Shown here piece after piece: positions 12,678 through 24,245 of a stretch of 64,000 nt of DNA. The position numbers and the translations under genes were made by a program. The notes beneath the pieces are model-generated. The model searched no databases, was not told the origin of the DNA, and saw nothing but the letters and a program-made list of their open reading frames with translations. Positions within the stretch are counted from its first letter, which is position 1. Each line of letters begins with the position of its first letter. The DNA lies in the NCBI GenBank assembly GCA_963850305.1, contig CAWKKR010000001.1, positions 160,001-224,000 on the forward strand, written 5' to 3'. This DNA is from an uncultured delta proteobacterium (GTDB lineage Bacteria > Myxococcota_A > Polyangia > Polyangiales > Polyangiaceae).

Positions 12678-13541
12678 GTGAGCTCGCCGCAAGCTTCATG
12701 CAAGAACGCCGGTGAGCGTACGTACCTGTTCAGCGTCGATCTGGAAGACGTTCGCTCGCTCCTGTCGGACGGGTACAAGCTCCGAGAACGAGTTCCGCAC
12801 AACACGGAACGGTTTCTGCGATTCCTGGAACGACACGGCGCCCACTGCACGTTCTTCACGACCGGCGACGTGGCGCGGCGCTATCCGTCACTCGTCGGAG
12901 ACGTGGCTGCGGCGGGACACGAGGTCGCGTGTCACACGAGCGACCACACCGCACTCGACCAGCACGACCCGCAAAGTTTCAGATGTGACATCCTACGTTG
13001 CCAAGACGCGTTCGAGCGCGCCGGCGTCAAACGGGCCGTTGGCTTTCGGGCGCCGTACGGCTCGATGGTTCGAAGCACGACGTGGGCGTACGGCGTCTTG
13101 AAAGAGCTGGGGTTCGAATATTCCGCCTCGGTCCTCGCTGCTCGCAGCCCGCTGTACGGGTGGCCCGATTTCGGCCCAGATCGGCCGTGCTGGCAGCAAG
13201 GGCTGCTCGAGTTGCCCGTGACCCTCACCGGTATTCCAGGGCTGAACGTCCCACTCCTTGGCGGTATCTACTTTCGCCTGCTCCCTTTTCCGCTGGTGAG
13301 ATTCCTCTTCCGGAACCAGCTAGCTACCGGGGACCCTGCCGTCGGTTACCTGCATCCCTTCGACGTGGACTCGGAGGAGGATCGCTACGCATTCCCGGGC
13401 ATGAATCCTTTCTTCGGCTGGCTCATGTTCCAGAAGCGGGACGCTGTCTTCCCGAGGCTCGAGCGCCTTCTCGAGGATGGTGTCCGGGTGATGCCCTACG
13501 CCGAGTACGCGGCCAGCCACCGGACGGCCTTCCCGTCGTGA
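12678..13541 (+). CDS. Polysaccharide deacetylase (NodB/CE4, DUF3473-type C-terminus)
   Basis: FSVDLED, TFF, HEVACHTSDH, GFRAP, GGIYFR and YLHP motifs; GAAGG RBS before the GTG. Confidence 0.88.
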   Translation: MSSPQASCKNAGERTYLFSVDLEDVRSLLSDGYKLRERVPHNTERFLRFLERHGAHCTFFTTGDVARRYPSLVGDVAAAGHEVACHTSDHTALDQHDPQSFRCDILRCQDAFERAGVKRAVGFRAPYGSMVRSTTWAYGVLKELGFEYSASVLAARSPLYGWPDFGPDRPCWQQGLLELPVTLTGIPGLNVPLLGGIYFRLLPFPLVRFLFRNQLATGDPAVGYLHPFDVDSEEDRYAFPGMNPFFGWLMFQKRDAVFPRLERLLEDGVRVMPYAEYAASHRTAFPS

Positions 13542-14389
13542 TCGACATTCGTCCGATAGATTTGAGCCCCGAAGGGCTCGAGCGCACGTGCCGACTCTTG
13601 AACGTCGTGTTCCCGACGGCCAAGCACGTCACGCCGGCATACTTGCATCGCCTGTACAACGGGAACCCGCTCGGCCCTACGTTCGGCTTCGCCGCGTTCG
13701 ATAACGGCGACCTCGTCGGTCATTACTTGATGATCCCGATCGCGGCGAGAACGTTCGGCGAACCAGACCGTGGGATCTGGCCGTTTCAGCTCGCCACGCA
13801 TCCGGGATTTCGCGGCAAGGGACTCTTCACGGCCCTCGTCGAGCAGTCCTTCGGCGCCGCGCGAGCGCTGGGGTTCACGTTTTTCTCCGGCGTGGGCAAC
13901 GCGAACAGCACGCCGCTGTTCGTCGGCAAGTGGGGCTTCCAGCTCGTGTGCCCGCTCGACGTCAAACTCGGGGTCGGGCCGATTCCGGCGGAGCGTGCCA
14001 CGGTGAACCTCGACTTTGCGCGCACCTGGGATGAAGCAGGCATCCGCTGGCGTCTCCAACATCCCGCGCGCCCCTATCGCGTCAGCCATCGAGCCGGGCT
14101 CGGACACCTGTTCGCGCCGTCTGGAAGGCTGGGCATCTGGGTGGAAGTGGGCGTTTTCCCCGAGCACCTTCTGCCCCCGGATCTCCCGCGGCTCGTCACG
14201 GCGAGTCCGCTCCGGCTTTACATCGCTGCGGACAAGACTCGCGACTTCTCGCGGTCGGCGTACCTCGACGTCCCCATGCGCTTCCGGCCTTCTCCGCTGA
14301 ATCTCCTGTTTTACGACCTCACGGATCAGAAGCGACACTTCGATCCGAACCGGGTTCGCTACACTCTGTTCGATTTCGACGCCTACTGA
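13538..14389 (+). CDS. GNAT-family N-acyltransferase
   Basis: Acyl-CoA binding motif ATHPGFRGKGLF and GNANS; GTG start overlaps the deacetylase stop. Confidence 0.82.
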   Translation: MIDIRPIDLSPEGLERTCRLLNVVFPTAKHVTPAYLHRLYNGNPLGPTFGFAAFDNGDLVGHYLMIPIAARTFGEPDRGIWPFQLATHPGFRGKGLFTALVEQSFGAARALGFTFFSGVGNANSTPLFVGKWGFQLVCPLDVKLGVGPIPAERATVNLDFARTWDEAGIRWRLQHPARPYRVSHRAGLGHLFAPSGRLGIWVEVGVFPEHLLPPDLPRLVTASPLRLYIAADKTRDFSRSAYLDVPMRFRPSPLNLLFYDLTDQKRHFDPNRVRYTLFDFDAY

Positions 14390-14396
14390 GATCCCG

Positions 14397-15812
14397 ATGG
14401 CATTGATCACTCCCCAGCAATACCGCGAATCACTCCGGGACGGACGCAGGGTCTTCTACCGCGGCAAACGCGTCCCCGATGTTCTCGCGGAGCCGGAGCT
14501 ACGCGTCGGTGTCGAGCTCGCGGCGCTCGATTACCAGCTAGCGGAAGAGCCGGAGCATCGGTCGCTGGCCGTCGCGAGCGACCCGGACACGGGAGAAACC
14601 TTCAGCGCGTACTACCGGATCCCTCGATCCGCCGAAGACCTGCTCGCGCGGTCGAAGCTCATCGAGCTCGGAACCCGTCGCGGCTCGATGATTCCCCCTC
14701 TCATCAAGGAAATCGGCACCGATGCGCTCTTTGCGCTGTCGAGAGTGTTGGTCGGTGAACCTTTGTCACGAGCGCTCGCGTTCTATCGATACTGTCGTGA
14801 CGAAGACAGGGCCGTCGCCGTGGCGCAGACGGACGTGAAGGGAGATCGCTCGCTTTCGCCGCACGAGCAGGCCGATCCGGATCTCTATGTGCGCATCGTC
14901 GAAAGAAACGCGAAAGGCATCGTCGTCAGGGGTGCAAAAGCCCACACGTCCGCGAGCGCGAACGCTCACGAACTCATCGTGCTTCCGACGCGCGCGATGG
15001 GTCCGGAGGACGCCGACTATGCGGTGTCGTTCGCCGTTCCCATCGATACGGCGGGGCTCTCGCTCTATGTGTCACCGTTTTCCGCGGGCGCACGGAACGA
15101 CTTCGAGTTCCCGCTCTCGTCCCGCACGAAGATGCTCGAGTCCCTCACTGTATTCGAAGACGTCTTCGTCCCGTGGGACCGCGTCTTTCTGGCCGGCGAA
15201 GCGAAGATGGCGGGCGCCCTGGCGCTCGCGTTCGTGGACTATCACCGGTTCACGGCGGTCTCGTACAAGCTTCCGTTGCTCGATTTGATGATCGGTGCGG
15301 CCGCGTCGATCGTGCAGATGAACGGTGTCGGCAAAGCCGGGCACATCCGGGACAAACTCACGCAGCTCGTGATTTTCGGGGAGTCCGTCCGCGCACTGAC
15401 CGAAGCAAGCGCCCTTCGCCGCAAGATCGGCAAGGACGGCATCGCGTTTCCCGACCCCATGACCGTCAACATGGCGAAGTACACCTTCGCGAGCGGCTAT
15501 CACGAAGCCGTTGCCGTCCTCCAGGAATGTGCGGGCGGCCTGCTGGCCACGGGTCCCGGTGCGGAAGACTGGGAGTCGGAGGAGGTGCGCCCAGTGCTCG
15601 AAAAGTACCTTCGTGGCACCGTCCCCGCCAGCGACCGCCTCCGGATGATGCATCTCATATCCGACATCACTGCACGCGACTTTGCCGGCTACCACGCCGT
15701 ACTCGCCATCCACGCCGAGGGCTCGGTGGAGGCGGAGAAGATGCAGATCTTGCGATCATATGACCCCGCAAACGCGGTTGCGCTCGCTCGCGCGCTCGCG
15801 CGGCTCGACTGA
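14397..15812 (+). CDS. 4-hydroxyphenylacetate 3-hydroxylase / 4-hydroxybutyryl-CoA dehydratase family flavoprotein
   Basis: YRESLRDGRRVF, AQTDVKGDRS, GIVVRGAKAH, FEDVFVPWDRVF and HAEGS motifs. Confidence 0.88.
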   Translation: MALITPQQYRESLRDGRRVFYRGKRVPDVLAEPELRVGVELAALDYQLAEEPEHRSLAVASDPDTGETFSAYYRIPRSAEDLLARSKLIELGTRRGSMIPPLIKEIGTDALFALSRVLVGEPLSRALAFYRYCRDEDRAVAVAQTDVKGDRSLSPHEQADPDLYVRIVERNAKGIVVRGAKAHTSASANAHELIVLPTRAMGPEDADYAVSFAVPIDTAGLSLYVSPFSAGARNDFEFPLSSRTKMLESLTVFEDVFVPWDRVFLAGEAKMAGALALAFVDYHRFTAVSYKLPLLDLMIGAAASIVQMNGVGKAGHIRDKLTQLVIFGESVRALTEASALRRKIGKDGIAFPDPMTVNMAKYTFASGYHEAVAVLQECAGGLLATGPGAEDWESEEVRPVLEKYLRGTVPASDRLRMMHLISDITARDFAGYHAVLAIHAEGSVEAEKMQILRSYDPANAVALARALARLD

Positions 15813-15848
15813 CCGCGCGCCGCTGACGCACGCCCATCACGCCGGCGG

Positions 15849-17663
15849 TCAGCGAACGCCCGCTGCTCCGCGACGCGGTCGCCCTCCCCCCGCAAGGCGA
15901 CGAAACACATGCCCCTTCCGATCGTAAGCCCAGGCGTGCAACGGGCGTCGATCCGCATCGACGAAGGCCCACGGGACCATGGCGACCCACTCGATCCGAC
16001 CGGTGTCCGAGACCACCTGGCTCGCCTGTCCGACGAAGCGCCGATCGTCACCAAACGCGAGGAGCACGGTACCCTCGGAGGCGTCCGCGAAGTCCGCGGA
16101 GCCGGCGAGCGCCGGCACCTCGCTACCGCTGAAAGGTTCCGTAGCCGTGCCTACGAGATCGACGCGACCGAGAGGCGGAGCCCCCGGCACGAAGGTGACG
16201 CCCTCGGCCTCCTTCCGGAATCCGGAACGCGCGAGGGCCGCTGCGCCGCCCGCCGGCATGAAGCACGTACTCCGGGCAGCGAAGTACGGCGCCAGTTCCA
16301 CGCAGTAATGGTCCCACTGGCCGTCGGCGCGCCGGGCGATCAAGCGAGGAAACGCATGAACGTAGTCCAAGCACAGGATCCCGATGCCAGCGACCGCCGC
16401 GCCACGACGAAGAACGTCCGAGCGAACGGCGCCCGGAAGCGGATGCTCCGCGAAGAACAGGGCTACGACGTGGACCGTCGCGACGGCGACCAGCGACGCG
16501 GTGGCCGAATAGGACGAAAGGTAGCAGCGCAACAGCGAGACTGCGTTGGAGTTGGACGCGACCCCCTCATGACGAGCAAAAGCCGTCGCGATCGCGAACG
16601 CCAGACCGAATCCACCCAGGCACAGGAATGGCATCGCAGTCGAACGCGAGCCTCTCGCTCTGACGAGCATGGATGCGGTCGCAAGAAAAAGAAGGAGGAC
16701 CAAGAGACCCGCCGGGAGAAACGCCGCCCCACCTAGGGCCGCGGGACCGTGCGACTCCGTGAAGAACCCGGCGGACATTCCGACGAGACTGAGCGCCATC
16801 TCGAACGGAGCGATGAGCTTCGAGGACGCAGCCGTGTGGACGCCCGCGAGTTCGGCCGGGCGCGCATGGATGATGAGTGCGGCGCAGATGCCGATGGAAA
16901 GCGAGCCCGCCACGCCCCACCCGATCCACGCGATCGCTTTGCGCTCCACGCGTTGAATCGCGAGGAGCAGCGCCGGCAGGAAAGCGATCCACGTAAACAT
17001 CCCCTCGAAGCGATTGAATGTGGCGAGCGTGCATCCCAAGACGGCAAAGCCGATGCGCGGCTTTCGCTTTGCGAGCGCCCAGACCACCGTTGCAATGCCG
17101 GCGTTTTCGAAATAGTGAAAAAACCCGATCGACCAAGTCCAGATCCAGTCTTGCGCCGGGGAAAATAAGAGACCCATGCTGAGCAACGCCACGAGCGCGC
17201 GGACTGCGCGATGCTCCGGCCCCGGCAAGGATTCTTCGAAGGCGCGGTGCAGCATCCAGGCCGTGTAAGTCGCGAGCGCGAAGCCAGCGAAGATCTCTGC
17301 TCGAAAGCTCCAGCCGGTGAACGTCGCGAGCGCCGCCAGGATAAGTTTCGTGAACGGCGCCACGTGGAGACCGTTGTGCGGTCCAAAGAGGTCGGAGAGG
17401 CGAACCGTACCCGACGAGAGGCGCGCCAGGATGGGCAGCAGCGTCCAGTGATCGAAAAGCGGCATCACCAAGCTGAAGCCCTGAACGAACCAGACGGCGA
17501 TACCGAGCGGCACGGCGCACAGGGCCCAACACATGACCGTCAATGCTCCCAGACTCGCACCTCGGCGGCTTACATCGCTCGCTCGCGCCCCGTCCCGAGC
17601 CGTGTCGGAGGGCTGAATCGCGAGTCCTTCGAATTGCCGACCCCGGCTATTCCCGAGCGCCAT
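15849..17663 (-). CDS. Polytopic membrane protein, possible GT-C-type glycosyltransferase; start uncertain
   Basis: About 11 hydrophobic segments; N-terminal loop PLFDHW...LFGPHNGLH resembles glycan-locus membrane proteins. Confidence 0.6.
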   Translation of the reverse strand: MALGNSRGRQFEGLAIQPSDTARDGARASDVSRRGASLGALTVMCWALCAVPLGIAVWFVQGFSLVMPLFDHWTLLPILARLSSGTVRLSDLFGPHNGLHVAPFTKLILAALATFTGWSFRAEIFAGFALATYTAWMLHRAFEESLPGPEHRAVRALVALLSMGLLFSPAQDWIWTWSIGFFHYFENAGIATVVWALAKRKPRIGFAVLGCTLATFNRFEGMFTWIAFLPALLLAIQRVERKAIAWIGWGVAGSLSIGICAALIIHARPAELAGVHTAASSKLIAPFEMALSLVGMSAGFFTESHGPAALGGAAFLPAGLLVLLLFLATASMLVRARGSRSTAMPFLCLGGFGLAFAIATAFARHEGVASNSNAVSLLRCYLSSYSATASLVAVATVHVVALFFAEHPLPGAVRSDVLRRGAAVAGIGILCLDYVHAFPRLIARRADGQWDHYCVELAPYFAARSTCFMPAGGAAALARSGFRKEAEGVTFVPGAPPLGRVDLVGTATEPFSGSEVPALAGSADFADASEGTVLLAFGDDRRFVGQASQVVSDTGRIEWVAMVPWAFVDADRRPLHAWAYDRKGHVFRRLAGGGRPRRGAAGVR

Positions 17664-18594
17664 GGGTCTTGTGCGTGGCAACCGAGAGCATCATCGCGTC
17701 CCCAAAATTCAGGTACAGGTAACCGGGGAGTTTCTTTCGAGACAGCGTGGCGAGGGAGCGCCGGAATCGTCCGTTCGGAAGGCCAGCCGACAGTTTGAAG
17801 CCGATATTCGACGTGCTGACACGACGGCCCATGCGTCGGAGCGAGCTGTCGCCGGTGAACCCGGAACTGCGGACGAGGCGCTCGAGCCCGACTGCGGAGA
17901 AGTAGAAAAGATGCTGCGGTGGGTCGAGGAAATACCAGAGGGAGCCGAGCGCTCGCGCCCAGGGCGCCGCGAGGTCGCCGGTCTCCATGACGAGAAGTCC
18001 TCCCGGAGCCAAAAGCTCGCGCGCGCGGCGGATCACGGCAGCGGGGTCCCTCATATGCTCGATGACGTCGAACATCGCGATGACGTCGTAGTGCCCTTCC
18101 AGGGGCTGTTGCATGAAGTCGCCTCGAACGACGTTCACTCCCCACATTCGAGTCGCGGCCTCTGCACAGGCTTCCGAGATCTCGACTCCCGTGACGTCGA
18201 ACCCGCGATCCCTGGCCGCCGCCAGAAAGAAGCCGTAAGCGCATCCCACCTCGAGCAAGCGACGTCCCGGCGGTCTGCGAGATTCGATCCAGTCGACGCG
18301 CTCGCCGAAGTTTTCCAGGAGTAAACGCGAGTCCGCCAGATACGTCGGGTACCCGGTGCTGCACGCGCCCTCGAAATAACCTTGCGAGTACATCGCTTCC
18401 AGATCCTTCGGGATCTGAATGGGCGAAAGAAATGCATTCTTACACGTCCGGCACGCGAGGAGGTCATAGCCCCACTTCGTATGCCAGGGGTGCCCGACGC
18501 CACCGCAGAGGCCACACCTCTGCGCCGCGGTCGGTCGAGGCTCCGCACCTTCATAGGTCTGGTCGTCGAGGTTCCTCGAGTCAGGGGTTGTCAA
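17647..18594 (-). CDS. Class I SAM-dependent methyltransferase with N-terminal Zn-ribbon
   Basis: CGLC...CRTC, LLEVGCAYG, FDVIEH and LAPGG motifs. Confidence 0.88.
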   Translation of the reverse strand: MTTPDSRNLDDQTYEGAEPRPTAAQRCGLCGGVGHPWHTKWGYDLLACRTCKNAFLSPIQIPKDLEAMYSQGYFEGACSTGYPTYLADSRLLLENFGERVDWIESRRPPGRRLLEVGCAYGFFLAAARDRGFDVTGVEISEACAEAATRMWGVNVVRGDFMQQPLEGHYDVIAMFDVIEHMRDPAAVIRRARELLAPGGLLVMETGDLAAPWARALGSLWYFLDPPQHLFYFSAVGLERLVRSSGFTGDSSLRRMGRRVSTSNIGFKLSAGLPNGRFRRSLATLSRKKLPGYLYLNFGDAMMLSVATHKTHGARE

Positions 18595-18958
18595 GGGCGG
18601 CTCCCGGGGACGCTTCGAGCCGCACGAAGTCGTGGCGAAGCAGCGCGAGCTCCTGCGCGAGAGAGAGATTCTTACGGATCAGCGACGACACGACCACACT
18701 CAGATAGAGCAACAAGGCGAAGCTCATGAATAACGCAACGATGACGAGAAACAGGGGTTCGTACAGGATGCCCAACCAGTGAGCCACAGCCGCCCACGGA
18801 GCTATCACGACGCCCACTATTGCCGGCGCGATGGCAACGACGAGCCATGGGACCCAAAGCACGTCCTGGATCCGACGTCGTCGAATCAGCTCCAGAATTG
18901 CCATCGTGGAAGCGAGCGAGCTCAAAACGGCGATTGCTTGGTAGATCTTGAATCCCAT
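18581..18958 (-). CDS. DUF2304-family small membrane protein
   Basis: Three TM segments, AHWLGILY, C-terminal LAQELALL; AAGGA RBS; directly downstream of a GT2. Confidence 0.85.
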   Translation of the reverse strand: MGFKIYQAIAVLSSLASTMAILELIRRRRIQDVLWVPWLVVAIAPAIVGVVIAPWAAVAHWLGILYEPLFLVIVALFMSFALLLYLSVVVSSLIRKNLSLAQELALLRHDFVRLEASPGAALDNP

Positions 18959-19713
18959 CTCGATTTCCTTTCGATCAAGGGCGCGCGGGGTTGGACGCGA
19001 CCAACCAGTAGTGCGATCGTGACCTTGCACATGTAATAGAGTCCGTTCAGCAGGCTGATGGACGAGCTACCCGTGAGGCGGGGCCGCATTTCGACCGGAC
19101 ACTCGGCGATGACGCAGCCGCTGCGCTGGAGCCTGACCAGTGAATCGACCTCGGGATAGTCGGCGGAATACTGTTCGGCCAGCACAGACGCGGCTCGTCG
19201 ATTGGCGACCCAGAGGCCCGACGTCGGATCGGTGATGCGGAGACCGCAGACCATTCGCAGCAGGTACGAGAACCACCGAGCTCCGAGCCGGCGAATGGAT
19301 GTGCTCTGGTAACCTCGCCGTTCGAGAAACCTGGTGCCGAGGACGAAATCAGCCCCGCTGGACGCAATGCGGGACGATAGTGATGCGACGGCCCGCGGGT
19401 CGTGCTGACCATCTCCGTCCAATCGAACGATGAGTGAATATCCCTCGTTCAACCCGAAGCGGAGACCCACCTGAGCGCCGGCACCGATTCCACAGTTGAA
19501 CGGGAGGCTGATCACCGTCGCTCCAGCACGCTCGGCCACGTCCGCCGTTTCGTCGGTCGACCCGTCATCGATCACGAGTACATCCACGGGCGTGGCGAGC
19601 GACAGCGTTTCCGTCACGACGCGGCCGACGTTTCCCGCTTCGTTGAAAGCCAGTATAATGGCAAGGAGCGGTTCGTGAGTACTCGCAGGCCCGAGCCCGA
19701 TAGGACGGCTCAC
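18922..19713 (-). CDS. GT2 glycosyltransferase (DPM/polyprenol-phosphate glycosyltransferase-like)
   Basis: AFNEA, IDDGSTDET, NCGIG, DGDGQH, GTRF and DPTSG motifs. Confidence 0.92.
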   Translation of the reverse strand: MSRPIGLGPASTHEPLLAIILAFNEAGNVGRVVTETLSLATPVDVLVIDDGSTDETADVAERAGATVISLPFNCGIGAGAQVGLRFGLNEGYSLIVRLDGDGQHDPRAVASLSSRIASSGADFVLGTRFLERRGYQSTSIRRLGARWFSYLLRMVCGLRITDPTSGLWVANRRAASVLAEQYSADYPEVDSLVRLQRSGCVIAECPVEMRPRLTGSSSISLLNGLYYMCKVTIALLVGRVQPRAPLIERKSRWDSRSTKQSPF

Positions 19714-19930
19714 GCTGGCAACCTTCCAGCGGCGCTCACTGGATGAGCACGGAATCCGAGACCGTTCACATCGGAGAAGACGCCGGTAAGCGAGACAGGA
19801 TGCACGACGAAGGACTCTGTGTGCCCAGGAAGCGGGCTGCGGCGGGAAGGATGACCGCTAGTCGATGTTTCTAGCACTTCCTGCGGTAGATTGAACCTGC
19901 GGCAAGGAACGCGTCGCGAGGCCTTCGGCG

Positions 19931-20353
19931 TCAACGCTCGACATCCGTGCCGACGATGAGTTCGGTCGCGACTTCCCTCGTCGTCGTCCGGCAGGTCGCA
20001 GGGGCCCCTTCCGCCGGACTGCAGAGTGTTGCGCGGGCGTTCAACGTCACGTTCCCCTTCCCCTGCGCCGTCGCGATCAGGGCGACCGGGATCCGTACGC
20101 GCCGGTCCGTTCGCGACTGGGCGTCGGCGAGGCCAACACGCGAGCGAAGAGGCGGGGCGAACGGCGGCGCCGCCATGACGACCACGTCCGCCCACGCGAT
20201 CCGCCCCGAGGCAACCTCGAGCTCCACGTCGCATATGACGCGCCCTTTCGTTGCCCGGCGTTCACATGATGCGGTCACATCGAGGCTCGGCGTAGCACTG
20301 GCGGACGCCGTCACGGCCACGAGCAATGCGGCAGCGGCGATCCGAACGTTCAC
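19931..20353 (-). CDS. Secreted hypothetical protein
   Basis: Signal peptide, four Cys; start overlaps the stop of the DAGK-family gene. Confidence 0.65.
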   Translation of the reverse strand: MNVRIAAAALLVAVTASASATPSLDVTASCERRATKGRVICDVELEVASGRIAWADVVVMAAPPFAPPLRSRVGLADAQSRTDRRVRIPVALIATAQGKGNVTLNARATLCSPAEGAPATCRTTTREVATELIVGTDVER

Positions 20354-21420
20354 GCGGCGCTCGGAGGCGCGTAAAAGTCCACCAGGCGGATGGTCGTCGG
20401 GGAAAGGACGGCACGGACGGTCGCGCGCTCCCCCCTCGCGTCGCCGCCTATCTGAAAGGGCGTGGGTGGGTCGAACTCGAACGTGACGGCCTCGACGAGG
20501 TAATCGAAAATCTGAGTCGCATTCTCGTACTCGCCCTTCCAGATGCCCCGGAAATTCGTGACGAACGGGATTGGCGTGATCGTGGAGATGCGCAAACTCA
20601 TGCGATCCGGACGCTCCTCAGCGAACGGGAATGCCCGAAAACCGAAGCCGTAATACGGGATCGTCGAGACGGCTGCGATCCGCGCGGGGCCTTCGTAGAT
20701 CGTCTGGCCCCTCGGGATCGGGGGACCGACGATGCTCCCTTTCGGGCCCACCCGAAATGCATCGCCCCCGTCGTTCGAGATGCGGCAGTGGGGCACCTGG
20801 CGAAAAAAATAGCTCGGAATCGAGCGCGTCAAGGCCGCGATGAAATAGCTGAGCGGCCCCGGTGCGACGCGGCGAAGCGCCGTCTTCATCAGCTTCCCTT
20901 TCACGAGCTCGTAGTCCTGAAGGACGACGGCATCCACGCCGAAACCGGCGAACGGCGCGATCAGATTCTCGACCTCGATGAAGCGCACCGGACGACTCCC
21001 GGCGTCCTCGCGCAGGCGCTCGATGTCCGCGGCGAGTCCTCGGCGCTTCGAGCCGCTCGCCCCGACGACCCAGGCGAGCGCGTTGCCCGTACCGAGCTTG
21101 AGAAACCCGAAGCGCGGAATCGGACGGCCCCTTTGCTTGGCCTCGCGGACCACGTCCGTCAAGACCGTGGTGAACGTTCCGTCTCCGCCGCCAGTCAGGA
21201 CCGTGCCATACCCGCGGTTGATGATCGTCCGCGCGAGCTCGGGTCCCTCTTCCAGGCGGCGCGAGACGAACAGATCTCCGCCGAGCAATATCTGATCGAG
21301 CGTCGAGATGACCTCGCTCGTGACGCTGCGCGCGTTCCCGTTCACGACGACCGCGACGCGATCCGCCGAGGGTGGCGCGCTGCGCGAGGTAGGTTCCGCC
21401 GCGTCGATTCGCTCGTCCAT
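20350..21420 (-). CDS. Diacylglycerol kinase-family lipid kinase
   Basis: VVNGNA, GGGDGT, LGTGNA, GFGVDA and QIGGD motifs. Confidence 0.88.
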   Translation of the reverse strand: MDERIDAAEPTSRSAPPSADRVAVVVNGNARSVTSEVISTLDQILLGGDLFVSRRLEEGPELARTIINRGYGTVLTGGGDGTFTTVLTDVVREAKQRGRPIPRFGFLKLGTGNALAWVVGASGSKRRGLAADIERLREDAGSRPVRFIEVENLIAPFAGFGVDAVVLQDYELVKGKLMKTALRRVAPGPLSYFIAALTRSIPSYFFRQVPHCRISNDGGDAFRVGPKGSIVGPPIPRGQTIYEGPARIAAVSTIPYYGFGFRAFPFAEERPDRMSLRISTITPIPFVTNFRGIWKGEYENATQIFDYLVEAVTFEFDPPTPFQIGGDARGERATVRAVLSPTTIRLVDFYAPPSAA

Positions 21421-21469
21421 GACGCGTCGACCTTAGCATCCCCCGCAGCCATGGCGGAGCCGCCGCCAC

Positions 21470-23293
<1,824 letters not shown>

Positions 23294-24070
23294 TCACTGG
23301 GTGATGGCCTTGAGGTCGAGCATCTCCTCGACGCTCGGCATCACGATGAGCTCACAACGGCGGTTCTTTTGCCGACCCTCATCGGTATCGTTGCTGGCGA
23401 TCGGATCCGTATCCGCGAATCCAGCGGCGCTCCAGTGCTCGACGGGCAGTCCGCCGCCCTTGTCCGGGTCCACGAGGAACACGAGAACCTCTCGCGCGCG
23501 CATGAGCGAAAGGCCCCAGTTGTCTTTGAACGGACCGTGCGCGAACGGCTTGTTGTCCGTGTGTCCCGACACCTGATAATCCCGCGAAAGGAGCCCGGGG
23601 TCTGCCTTGATGATGTCCGCGACCTTGGCGAGGATGTCCTTGCCGTCCTGCTTCAGGGTCTCCCGTCCAGAGTCGAACAGCACGTCGCCCGGTAGCGAGA
23701 TCACCATGCGGTTGTGGCGGACGTTAACGGCGAGACCGAGCTTCGTGAGCTGATCGAGCTTGCTCCTCAGCTCCTCGAATCGCTTCTTGATGAGCTCCAG
23801 CTGGCGCGCGCGCTCCTGGTACTCCGCGAGAGCCTTCTCCTGATCGGCGAGGCTCGCCTTCGTCGAAGAGACCTCGACCCCCATGTTCTTCAACTGATGG
23901 GTGAGGTCATCGATCTTGGCCTGGGCATCCTGAAGCTTCTGGTTATCGTCCGCCTTCAGGTGGTTGTACTTCGCGAGCTGGGCTTGCCACTCGTCCTCCG
24001 AGTACCCGCAGCCCACGACGCCGATGGCACAGACGGCCAAGACGGCCCGATAGATGTGAACAGAGCGCAT
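23294..24070 (-). CDS. OmpA/MotB-family peptidoglycan-binding lipoprotein with coiled coil
   Basis: Lipobox VVGC; LFDSG, GHTD, NWGLSLMRA and NRR motifs. Confidence 0.88.
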   Translation of the reverse strand: MRSVHIYRAVLAVCAIGVVGCGYSEDEWQAQLAKYNHLKADDNQKLQDAQAKIDDLTHQLKNMGVEVSSTKASLADQEKALAEYQERARQLELIKKRFEELRSKLDQLTKLGLAVNVRHNRMVISLPGDVLFDSGRETLKQDGKDILAKVADIIKADPGLLSRDYQVSGHTDNKPFAHGPFKDNWGLSLMRAREVLVFLVDPDKGGGLPVEHWSAAGFADTDPIASNDTDEGRQKNRRCELIVMPSVEEMLDLKAITQ

Positions 24071-24245
24071 CTCTGCGGAATACTACGAAGAGGGCGCCGA
24101 CGTCGAGAGCTTGCCTCATCAGCGGTGAAGTCCCGCCAGCACGAAGGGGGGCGGCGCCCGGCGGGCACCCCACTTACGCGGAATTTCGGACGCTCCCTAT
24201 CGCGGCGCGTGTCTTCGTTACCTCGGCGCGATCACGTCGGCGGCG

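Noticed and set aside
10253..19930. Glycan cluster as a mobile genomic island
   Set aside because: No integrase, transposase, tRNA or flanking direct repeats were seen; any composition shift could not be quantified by eye
23294..24070. Flagellar stator motB
   Set aside because: It has a lipobox instead of the MotB TM helix with the catalytic Asp, and there is no motA neighbour
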